From positions 1 to 49,109 of the forward strand of contig VGJJ01000003.1 in the NCBI GenBank assembly GCA_016867455.1: a DNA stretch of 49,109 bases, in the 5' to 3' direction. Source of the DNA: Candidatus Iainarchaeum sp. (GTDB taxonomy: Archaea > Iainarchaeota > Iainarchaeia > Iainarchaeales > VGJJ01). The notes below the pieces were generated by a model. That model worked only from the letters and a program-made list of their open reading frames with translations, made no database searches and had not been told where the DNA came from. A program made the translations under genes and the position numbers. Shown here one piece after another: positions 1 to 7,740 of the stretch. Position 1 is the first letter of the stretch. Every line of letters starts with the position of its first letter.

Positions 1-4
1 ATAT

Positions 5-835
5 GTGACGAGAGAAACATCCACTGACGGACAATATCCCGCATTTCGATTAACATTCAAAGCACTCGTGCACCCAGGAAGAGTACGCGACTTCAACTTT
101 TGGGTAAAAGGACAAGGAACATTTGCCGAGAATCCGGCAGTATGCGCAGCAGGAAGCACCTCTCCAGGATACGATTTGAACGCGTATGTATGGAATTACC
201 GAACGGGGGTGTATGACTATCTCGACGGAAACAACATGGGAGGATATAATACCGAGCCCGACGGGCAAGTGATTAGTGCACTCGCTTCGCAAAAAATACG
301 AAACGGAATCTTCTCCGACTATGTATCAACGAGCGATGGAAACATCACCATATTAGTAGTGGGAAACAGAGTTCCCGATGGAAGGAGTTGTTTAACCGTT
401 GACGTTGCTAGCTTAGGAGTAACCCATATTCCCGATGCAACCGACTATTGTCAAAGCGAAACACTCGCACCCATCACCATTACCAATGTAGGAAACGCCG
501 ACATTAATGTGGATGGAAACTTTTCAAGCGCATTTTCGGGAGCCGACACTAACATTGTATTAAAAGTCTGGCAAGGAACCGGATCCGGATGCGGAACCGA
601 TGGAAACGGAATGGGCGGATGGCAAAAAAATTGTGGAGTCACCATCGATACCAACGCACCAAACGTAAACACTTGCCGTAATTTCAATGAATTCACTGCG
701 ACCGCGGGAGCACGACTCATTACTCGATTACCAACCGGAGACACAAATCAACTTTGTTTTTCAGGAGAATTTGACGCGTTTGTTAACGCAGGAGACCACA
801 ACAAAGTATTCCAAACAGGAAGTGACTTTTCGTGA
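5..835 (+). CDS. Secreted/surface protein, 5'-partial: jelly-roll-like domain followed by a Cys-containing domain paralogous to 32559..33197
   Basis: Frame is open from the window start. The C-terminal ~130 aa align with the 212-aa protein at 32559 (DGNF..SGAD.N.VLKVW.GTGSGCGT, TCRNFN, LCFSG, shared C-terminus GSDFS). Confidence 0.8.
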   Translation: MTRETSTDGQYPAFRLTFKALVHPGRVRDFNFWVKGQGTFAENPAVCAAGSTSPGYDLNAYVWNYRTGVYDYLDGNNMGGYNTEPDGQVISALASQKIRNGIFSDYVSTSDGNITILVVGNRVPDGRSCLTVDVASLGVTHIPDATDYCQSETLAPITITNVGNADINVDGNFSSAFSGADTNIVLKVWQGTGSGCGTDGNGMGGWQKNCGVTIDTNAPNVNTCRNFNEFTATAGARLITRLPTGDTNQLCFSGEFDAFVNAGDHNKVFQTGSDFS

Positions 836-1650
836 AAAAGTTAATCGAAAAAGGAATTATTGGAATAATATTCCTTGGAATAGTACTAGCCGGGTGCATC
901 CAGCCGACGCAAGAAAGGACAGCGGAGTACAGCGCGGAAAAAGAACCATTCGGAATATTTGCCGCATTTGCACAAAAACACGGATTAACCATCGCACAAA
1001 CACGCGAATTTTTTAAAAAAAACATGGGAATTACCCAAGAAAGCAAAATAATCGAACAATTGCCCTCGCCGAGCGAAACATTTGAGAAAGACAAACTAAA
1101 ATTACTCGGAAGCACCGCCGAAGAATTAGATGCAATACCAAAGGAAAACTATTCACAACCAACCTTCTTCGGAGATTTTGAAACAAGCGGAAGAGACCAA
1201 TGGATTAACGCCGAGGCCACCACCCCCATGTCCCACGGAATTATCTCCACGCCCGCCGACCAATATGCAACACTAGCACCCGAAAGCAAGGAAATGAGAG
1301 CAACACTATTTGTACGAGCCGCGTGGGGAAGCACCTACTATCAAGGAATCAAATTATACGCAACCATTTCCCCCGAAGCAGCCATCCAGTTTCACGTGAA
1401 CCCGGAACAATTTTTACTCGAACCAACGTTCCCCACCATCCACCAAAACTGGGTCGAAAAAATAAGCATCCGTGGAGAATTAACAGGCAACGTGGAGCCA
1501 GGAACATATGTTATTACCATCAAGATGAGCGATCCAGATATAGAGAATGTGACAAAGTGGATAGAGACAAGAGAACCCTACACGAATGGCAACGGGTCAT
1601 TCACCGACCCAAGAGGAGTAGCCACCCTCACGTTAAACGTGCCCGAATAA
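832..1650 (+). CDS. Predicted lipoprotein with Ig-like C-terminal domain, paralog of 33255..34292
   Basis: N-terminal hydrophobic stretch ending in a LAGC lipobox; GTGA overlap with the upstream stop; shares QPxF, PADQ, FLLxPTFP and GxYVI motifs with the 33255 ORF. Confidence 0.8.
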   Translation: MKKLIEKGIIGIIFLGIVLAGCIQPTQERTAEYSAEKEPFGIFAAFAQKHGLTIAQTREFFKKNMGITQESKIIEQLPSPSETFEKDKLKLLGSTAEELDAIPKENYSQPTFFGDFETSGRDQWINAEATTPMSHGIISTPADQYATLAPESKEMRATLFVRAAWGSTYYQGIKLYATISPEAAIQFHVNPEQFLLEPTFPTIHQNWVEKISIRGELTGNVEPGTYVITIKMSDPDIENVTKWIETREPYTNGNGSFTDPRGVATLTLNVPE

Positions 1651-1700
1651 TCAGAAAAAAACGAAAAAGAAGCCAGCTTAAAAACAAGGGCAATGAAAGA

Positions 1701-2255
1701 ATGAGAATGAAACAAGAAATACGCGTGATACGACTTAGTGAAAGAGGGTATCGAGACCTCCGAATAACCACGCACTGCTGCCTCGTAACACGAGCATTCG
1801 GAGGAAAAGAAATATTTCTAAGCGAAGACACCGACCACGGAATCCAAAAAACAATCGAACGAATATCACACGAATTTGGGGGAGACTTTAAAGTAACATT
1901 CATCCCAAACACCATTCGAGAAATTAACAAACAGAGAAAAGAAGGAAATGTGGTTGTACACCTAACCATGTATGGAGAAAAACCCGACAACACCACCCTT
2001 GCAAAAATACGAAAAGCGAAAAAAGTGACGATTGTTATTGGGTCCGAAAAAGTACCCATGGAAGTATACCACCGAGCAGACTACAACATAAGCATCACGC
2101 GGCAACCCCATAGCGAGGTAGCCGCGCTAGCGGTGATGATGCACCGATTGAACGAAGGAAAGGAAGAAGAATTAATTTTCCCCCACGCACGAAAGAGGGT
2201 AATCCCCGAAAAAAAAGGAAAACGAGTGGAAAAAGTAGGTAATGACGAGTCATGA
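1701..2255 (+). CDS. trm56: tRNA (cytidine(56)-2'-O)-methyltransferase
   Basis: RDLRITTH..L..RAFG, VHLTMYG, GSEKVP and QPHSEVAALAV motifs of aTrm56; located next to tfe; start moved to ATG 1701. Confidence 0.93.
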   Translation: MRMKQEIRVIRLSERGYRDLRITTHCCLVTRAFGGKEIFLSEDTDHGIQKTIERISHEFGGDFKVTFIPNTIREINKQRKEGNVVVHLTMYGEKPDNTTLAKIRKAKKVTIVIGSEKVPMEVYHRADYNISITRQPHSEVAALAVMMHRLNEGKEEELIFPHARKRVIPEKKGKRVEKVGNDES

Positions 2256-2280
2256 TGAGCGTGAATGGTTTAAATGAGTA

Positions 2281-2838
2281 ATGACCCGTAATGATGACAT
2301 GGCCGCGCAACCCAGCATCCTCGATTTCAACGTTACTAAAGAATTCCTCCAAAACGCAGGAGGAGAAGAAGCCAGCGAAGTCGTTCGAATATGCTTGAAG
2401 AATAATGGAAAATGTCTGGATCAAGACATTGAAGAAGAAATGAAAACAAAAAAAATTACGGAAATACGAAGCATTCTCAATCGATTACACTATCGCGGAA
2501 TTGCGTGTTATAACAAAACCAAAAATAAGAATTCCGGATGGTACACGTACACGTGGGAAATCAAACAACGAAGAATTGTCGAATTAATTTTAGAGCAGCA
2601 AGCCGAAATGCTCCAAAAGTTGGAACAAAAAGCGCGCTTCGATGGAAGCCACGAAATTTTTATTTGTAAAAAAGCATGCGCCGACACTGCGTTTGAAATT
2701 GCCGCACAATATGAATTCCGATGCCCGGAGTGCGGAGAAATGATGAACCCCGTGGATGGCAAGAAACGGCAGAAGGAAATTCAAAATCAAATTAAAGAAA
2801 TTACGGAGGAATTAAGCCAATTACAAAAGATAGTATAA
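2281..2838 (+). CDS. tfe: Transcription factor E (TFE alpha)
   Basis: Winged helix (EIRSILNRLH...SGWYTYTW) plus Zn ribbon (C...C, FRCPECG). Confidence 0.93.
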   Translation: MTRNDDMAAQPSILDFNVTKEFLQNAGGEEASEVVRICLKNNGKCLDQDIEEEMKTKKITEIRSILNRLHYRGIACYNKTKNKNSGWYTYTWEIKQRRIVELILEQQAEMLQKLEQKARFDGSHEIFICKKACADTAFEIAAQYEFRCPECGEMMNPVDGKKRQKEIQNQIKEITEELSQLQKIV

Positions 2839-2948
2839 CGCACAAACTTGGACAAGCGCCGGCTATTAAAAGGTGTTTGCCCAAAAGAATAAAATACAAT
2901 AAAATGGCAAACAAACGACAAATATTCATTCATTAAATAACGTGAAAT

Positions 2949-3023
2949 AGCGGGGCGGGGCAGCCTGGAGTGCCCGTCGGGCTCATAACCCGAAGATCGA
3001 AGGTTCAAATCCTTCCCCCGCTA
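2949..3023 (+). tRNA. Initiator tRNA-Met (CAU), no encoded CCA
   Basis: Cloverleaf: acceptor AGCGGGG/CCCCGCT with A1-U72, D stem GGGC/GCCC, anticodon arm TCGGG-CTCATAA-CCCGA with three G-C pairs, T arm GAAGG-TTCAAAT-CCTTC. Confidence 0.97.
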
Positions 3024-3077
3024 CTCATTATTTTACTCTTTTTTTAGGATGAATAAAAGCCTGGAAATACCCCTCTT

Positions 3078-3143
3078 TTTTGTGCCTCAGTATTCAACTT
3101 TTCGAGCTTTTCATTGATTTTTTGGAAATTTTGTGTCTCAGTA
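3078..3143. repeat. Imperfect 15-bp direct repeat TTTTGTGYCTCAGTA
   Basis: Copies at 3078-3092 and 3129-3143 (14/15 identical), each preceded by TGGAAAT. Confidence 0.6.
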
Positions 3144-3306
3144 AACGCTTTTTTCATCCCAACACCTCGTTTTTTAACAAATTCATTGAAATGGCGAATT
3201 GTTTGAATTTTTAGTTGCTCTCACTCGCTATTTTTGACCAAGCAATTGTCAAATTATTAACATTTTACGTAATTACTGCATTGGTTTAGTGTATTTACTT
3301 TTATTT

Positions 3307-3328
3307 TGGTAATTACTAGTAATTACCA
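3307..3328. promoter_or_regulatory. Perfect 22-bp palindrome TGGTAATTACTAGTAATTACCA, candidate protein-binding site
   Basis: Self-complementary sequence; the GTAATTAC core recurs at ~3269 and 3341. Function is inferred. Confidence 0.55.
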
Positions 3329-3517
3329 TAAGGTTTTTAAGTAATTACTATCATTACAATCATTACTATGATAAAACTCCTCTTACGAACGGTGTTTAGA
3401 AGCCTTAGAAGCATTCAAGACTGGGCGGATGAGGGTGCTGAAAATGAGAGGACTTACCAAAATAGTCAAATTAACATTAATCAGCAAAATAACAAAAACA
3501 TTAATCAAATTAGTAAA

Positions 3518-3850
3518 ATGAGTGTGCCACAATACCGTGTCATCAATGTGTGGAACTATTTAACGTTCAAAGAGGGTAGTCAGGCACACCACATCACGAA
3601 GATATTAGATTTTGAAGAGTGGATACCCATGGAAGAAATACTTCGTCGCGTGAATGAGTTATTCGGCATCCAGTATCAAAATGAGCGCAGCCTTTACCCT
3701 TATTTGAAAACATTAGTTGATGCAGGATTATTAGAGGCCAGCATGTTAGGCGGCAAAATGAGATGGCGCAAGAAGAACTTAATGCAGACCATTAATTTGA
3801 TGGAAGAAATAGAAAATGAAGTGGTTGTGCACTCACAACCCCTTCAATGA
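3518..3850 (+). CDS. Winged-helix DNA-binding protein
   Basis: wHTH-like pattern (MEEILRRV...SLYPYLKTLVDAGLLE...RWR). The start could be as far upstream as 3368. Confidence 0.65.
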   Translation: MSVPQYRVINVWNYLTFKEGSQAHHITKILDFEEWIPMEEILRRVNELFGIQYQNERSLYPYLKTLVDAGLLEASMLGGKMRWRKKNLMQTINLMEEIENEVVVHSQPLQ

Positions 3851-4426
3851 CTTAACTTTTTCATTAAAATCAGTTAATTTTTGTGATTTGGGGTGGTGAA
3901 GTTTAAACCACTCGCTCGAAATGATAGAATTCACTTCGTTCAAAATCTTCGTTTTACGCGTTTCCTCGGGCTTTTCCCCGAGTTTATGCTTGTCCAAGAT
4001 TGTGCTCAACTCGTCATGAATTTTAGTGGGAAAGCGCTCCGTATTCTCAATATAGGTGCGATCCACCCAATCCTCAAGAGCGGAAACAAGCTTGGCATCA
4101 TCAATTTCTTTCTCATCCATATAGTAAACAGCTTTCCAATCCCCCTTGGATCGCCAATTATGAGAAGGATTTTGGCCCGTCGCAAAAAATTGTTTAATCT
4201 TAGGAAAAGCAGAAGGATGAATAATAACGGCATTTTTCCCAGGACGAACATATGGTGTATCGGAAAGAACTCCCTTGCGGTGGTAATGATAGACTTTACC
4301 ATTAGATTTGGTGACATTTTGAGTATACCCATATATGGCACGAAAAAGTTTCTGATACGTATATGTGGAATGTTTAATGTTTTCAGGTAGAATAAACTTG
4401 TATTGTATGTAGTACGCGTTGGCCAT
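3833..4426 (-). CDS. Hypothetical protein, N-terminal small alpha/beta (possibly ferredoxin-like) domain
   Basis: 197-aa ORF with a G-rich SD upstream; KLFRAIYGY...YHYHRKGVL segment. Fold assignment is tentative. Confidence 0.65.
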   Translation of the reverse strand: MANAYYIQYKFILPENIKHSTYTYQKLFRAIYGYTQNVTKSNGKVYHYHRKGVLSDTPYVRPGKNAVIIHPSAFPKIKQFFATGQNPSHNWRSKGDWKAVYYMDEKEIDDAKLVSALEDWVDRTYIENTERFPTKIHDELSTILDKHKLGEKPEETRKTKILNEVNSIISSEWFKLHHPKSQKLTDFNEKVKSLKGL

Positions 4427-4559
4427 GAAGACACCCCCCTTAGTTCCAGTATTGTTGGTTGTAAATGATAGTAAATTGAAATTTGTTTATGTTGCTTTAG
4501 AGGACATAAATACTATTTATTTGTTTGGATTGACGGTCGCCGAAAAAAATATTGGCCTC

Positions 4560-4883
4560 TTATCGGCGTCGAGTATAGGGCTGATAAGAGGGGCGGCGCA
4601 AAGCAGTTGTAGGCTCTTCTTCAGGCTCTTCAACCAGCGTAGGGCGAGCGCGTGTTCCAACTAACAAAATGTCTTTTGCGGAAAGCACGTTCTGATAGGG
4701 GATGCTTTTTTCTGAAATGATCTTGCGGGCTTCTTGTTTTGTGCGAACTTTCAATGGTTCGGTGGTCATGGTTTCAATTTTTCCTTTTTCTAAGTTGATA
4801 ACCAAGTCAAAAATCTTGCCTTTGTACTCAGCGTTGTCTGTATAAATGTCCATTCCAAATAGTTTTGATAGGCGTACCGTCAT
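4560..4883 (-). CDS. PRC-barrel protein (CdpB-like)
   Basis: LSKLFGMDIYTDNAEYKGKIFDLVINLEKGKI...IPYQNVLSAKDILLV PRC-barrel pattern; SD AGGGGGA upstream of ATG 4883. Confidence 0.85.
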   Translation of the reverse strand: MTVRLSKLFGMDIYTDNAEYKGKIFDLVINLEKGKIETMTTEPLKVRTKQEARKIISEKSIPYQNVLSAKDILLVGTRARPTLVEEPEEEPTTALRRPSYQPYTRRR

Positions 4884-4950
4884 ATTATGTTCCCCCTTGA
4901 ATTTCGATGAAATCAAGTGCATCATAGAACCCGAATTTTGTATATAAATC

Positions 4951-4970
4951 TTGTGCAAAATTTTGCACAA
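4951..4970. promoter_or_regulatory. Perfect 20-bp palindrome TTGTGCAAAATTTTGCACAA next to a TATA-like box
   Basis: Palindrome abuts a minus-strand TTTATATA (4941-4948) upstream of the PRC-barrel gene. Confidence 0.55.
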
Positions 4971-5081
4971 ATTATGATTTACTAACTAAAATTCGATTTT
5001 TTACTCAACCACAATTATTAGTGGAAGTGAGGGGGGTCTGGTATTGTTAATGGTTTTTGGGCGTTATTCAAACAAACTACT

Positions 5082-5108
5082 AATTATGTATTTTCTTAAT
5101 ACATAATT
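5082..5108. repeat. 11-5-11 inverted repeat AATTATGTATT-TTCTT-AATACATAATT downstream of xerA
   Basis: Perfect 11-bp arms seen in the sequence. Confidence 0.55.
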
Positions 5109-5156
5109 GTATTTTTTGATTATTATTACTATTTCAAAACTTTTTTTCATATTTAT

Positions 5157-6149
5157 TTACATGTTATCCAATGGACTTTGTACTTTTTTCAACTCTTCTT
5201 TACTCACGTGCGTGTATATCGATGTCGTACTCAAATTAGCATGCCCTAACAACACTTGTATTTTTCGAATATTTTCTCCACTTTCCAACAAATGGGTGGC
5301 AAAACTATGTCTCAACACGTGAGGGGTTACTCGTTTTGTGATTTTAGCTTCTTTTGCTGCATGCCTTATAATTCGTTCAACTGTATCCGTTGACAATGGT
5401 TTTCCATTTTTTTTACTAAAAACAAATTCACTAACTACTCGTTTTCTTCCCAAATATTTTTTGATAAACGTAATCCATTTTTGAGAGAGCACAACAACTC
5501 TATCCTTATTTCCTTTTCCACTCTTCACTGTAGCCGTGGCATTATCTAGATCCATATCATTCACCCGCATTTTCACGGCTTCACTCACACGTACTCCTGT
5601 TGAATATATGAATTGCAATAACAATCTATTGCGTCCCGCCTTCGTATTTTTAAAAATTTCTTTTAACTCACTAATTGTTAGTACGCTGGGCAATTTCTTT
5701 GCTTTTTTGGGAATTTTAATATCATCAATAATTTTTTTTCCAATATGCTGCTGAAAAAAAAATTTTAACGCAGAATGCATCAATGATAATGTCGCGTTCG
5801 AAACATTTTTTTCCCGAGCACGCGCCAAAAAACCCACAATATCTTGTTTATCCATTTCACTGGGACGCTTTGGAGTTTCTTCCAATAATTTTTGCACATA
5901 AATCAAATACATTTTGATGGTGCGCGATGAGTAACCTGTGACTAATAATTCTTGTTTAAATTGAGTCAGAATTTTTTGATGTTCCGCGTGAAGTGGATTA
6001 ATTTGAACCGTTGAATTATTTTCAGCTAACTTTTCATCCATTAATTCTGTTTGAAAATTAGGCAATGGTGCTTTTTCCGCGTTAGTAGAAGAATTTACTG
6101 GATTTTTTTCAGAATCAACTGGAAGCGGGAAATCTTTTTCATTATCCAT
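5157..6149 (-). CDS. xerA: Tyrosine recombinase XerA
   Basis: N-terminal SAM-like domain; catalytic R (TGVRVSE), K (GKGNKDR), HxxR (HVLRH), H (LGH) and Y (TTSIY); no integron-integrase insertion. Confidence 0.85.
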   Translation of the reverse strand: MDNEKDFPLPVDSEKNPVNSSTNAEKAPLPNFQTELMDEKLAENNSTVQINPLHAEHQKILTQFKQELLVTGYSSRTIKMYLIYVQKLLEETPKRPSEMDKQDIVGFLARAREKNVSNATLSLMHSALKFFFQQHIGKKIIDDIKIPKKAKKLPSVLTISELKEIFKNTKAGRNRLLLQFIYSTGVRVSEAVKMRVNDMDLDNATATVKSGKGNKDRVVVLSQKWITFIKKYLGRKRVVSEFVFSKKNGKPLSTDTVERIIRHAAKEAKITKRVTPHVLRHSFATHLLESGENIRKIQVLLGHANLSTTSIYTHVSKEELKKVQSPLDNM

Positions 6150-6185
6150 TAATCCAAAAGCGTTTTGCAGGATAAAATACTGTCT

Positions 6186-6446
6186 TTATTCTTCTTTAGG
6201 CGTTTCTTCCTTATTTTCCGTGCCCACTTCGGCTTCTAATTCCTCTAAAACCTTGCTTTTCTTGCCCTTTTTGACTTCTTCAAAGTCTTCGACCAAAATC
6301 TCTGCCTCATCGTCATCTAGTCCTAACAAATGGAGCTTTTCGAGGTGATCATCTTTACTCAAATGATCAAATTGTTCTTTCCAAATCTTATCTTCGGGCT
6401 TGACAATCTTCCCCTCGGGGCGTTTGCGGTTTCTCAATGTTTGCAT
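6186..6446 (-). CDS. Small acidic hypothetical protein
   Basis: 86-aa ORF with SD AGGGGGG upstream. Confidence 0.7.
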   Translation of the reverse strand: MQTLRNRKRPEGKIVKPEDKIWKEQFDHLSKDDHLEKLHLLGLDDDEAEILVEDFEEVKKGKKSKVLEELEAEVGTENKEETPKEE

Positions 6447-6655
6447 ATGTATACCCCCCTCTTTTGCCTTTTAAAGATTGACGAATAATCAGGAAATAGA
6501 CAAATTCTTCAATTCTTCACTATAGTATAAAGCCGAATTAGTAATGTTTATATACAACCTTCACCCCATTAGGTATTCCCTAGCATTTTTTCCATTCATC
6601 GCGAAATGAGCCTCGCGGGTATGGTAGTAACACAACCAAGGAAGGGGGTTAACCC

Positions 6656-6805
6656 ATGAGAGTCGAAGTCACCGAGGAATTGCGTCTCAAATTGTTGGAA
6701 GAAGAATTCAAACTCCGTTCCAAACAACCGACCGCCTGGACGAAAACGAAGTTTCGCCCCTACGCTAATTTCCGTCGACCCAAAACTGAACAAGTCGTGC
6801 AGTAA
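6656..6805 (+). CDS. Small protein (49 aa) MRVEVTEELRLKLLEEEFKLRSKQPTAWTKTKFRPYANFRRPKTEQVVQ, absent from the ORF track
   Basis: Manual translation; SD AAGGGGG just upstream, TTTATATA at ~6548 and T-rich tract after the stop. Confidence 0.6.
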   Translation: MRVEVTEELRLKLLEEEFKLRSKQPTAWTKTKFRPYANFRRPKTEQVVQ

Positions 6806-6904
6806 CGCCTTGTTCAACTAATTTCTTTTTCTCTTATTTTTCTTTTTTCAACTTGTAGCACTTTTGTTCACTACTCTTAAATATACGGCATTCGTTTTCA
6901 ACCT

Positions 6905-7357
6905 ATGGAAATCAATCGCATCACAATTGGAATTGCATTGCTCATACTAGTCGGTCTTGCATTCGTATACGTATCTTTGCCTGATGTTTCTCCCACTGCG
7001 CTTGTCTCAGGCACGCTTCCCACGTACAATCCATTCATTGGCAAAGTTACTCACGCGGTGGAGAAAATTTTTGCAAACAATCCGCAAGCAGTCATCGAAC
7101 AATCGAATCGTGTTGGAATTGTTTTGCCGGGCGGAAACTCGGTACAATTCGCAAATGATGCTGCTTCAACCAAACAAGATGTTGTTATCATTCTCAACGC
7201 GTCCACGAATACATTGACACAATTCAACACGTATCCGACGTTTGTTGATAATCAATTCACTTACATTCCCGTTGAACAGCTTTCGAGTGAGGGGCCCTAC
7301 GTCAAAGCTCTTTATCCAAACGGATTATACTTAATGCCCATTGATGTGGGGTCATAA
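6905..7357 (+). CDS. Membrane-anchored hypothetical protein
   Basis: N-terminal TM helix followed by a soluble domain. Confidence 0.7.
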   Translation: MEINRITIGIALLILVGLAFVYVSLPDVSPTALVSGTLPTYNPFIGKVTHAVEKIFANNPQAVIEQSNRVGIVLPGGNSVQFANDAASTKQDVVIILNASTNTLTQFNTYPTFVDNQFTYIPVEQLSSEGPYVKALYPNGLYLMPIDVGS

Positions 7358-7359
7358 TC

Positions 7360-7740
7360 ATGCGCACCAACGAATGGTATTTTTCCATTATCATTATTTC
7401 AATTACCTACTTTTCTTTCGCATTCTTGTCTGCGTTTCGTCTTCCTATTTTGCTTGTTTTTTCATTCATCTTCTCTGTTATGATTGCGCGTGACGAAACG
7501 CGTTTGGGACGAGTCGTACTACAAACGATTGTCCCTATCCTCATTAGTATTGTGCTACTTTTTTCTCTCAGTATTATTTATTCCTCCCTTTCGGGAGAAC
7601 TTGTTCTTCAGTCTTCTCAAATGTCTCACGTCGCATTGGGTTTTTTGTCCATGCTTTTGTTTGGGCTGATTTTGGGAGCACCTCTTGCGTGGTTGGGGGC
7701 GCGCTCACGCTTGGCTGATTATTTAATTCAGCGGGATTAA
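7360..7740 (+). CDS. Small multi-pass membrane protein
   Basis: About four hydrophobic segments; starts 2 nt after the upstream stop. Confidence 0.65.
   Translation: MRTNEWYFSIIIISITYFSFAFLSAFRLPILLVFSFIFSVMIARDETRLGRVVLQTIVPILISIVLLFSLSIIYSSLSGELVLQSSQMSHVALGFLSMLLFGLILGAPLAWLGARSRLADYLIQRD

Noticed and set aside
1323-1700. Long N-terminal extension of aTrm56 in the ORF track, and the many short antisense or shadow ORFs throughout the window
   Set aside because: They overlap well-supported genes, lack SD sequences and motifs, and are treated as spurious.
3833-4426. Cas2 / CRISPR-Cas system
   Set aside because: Only a vague fold resemblance; no repeat-spacer array or other cas genes in the window.
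5157-6149. Integron integrase
   Set aside because: Lacks the IntI-specific insertion before the HxxR motif; no attC-like cassette array seen.
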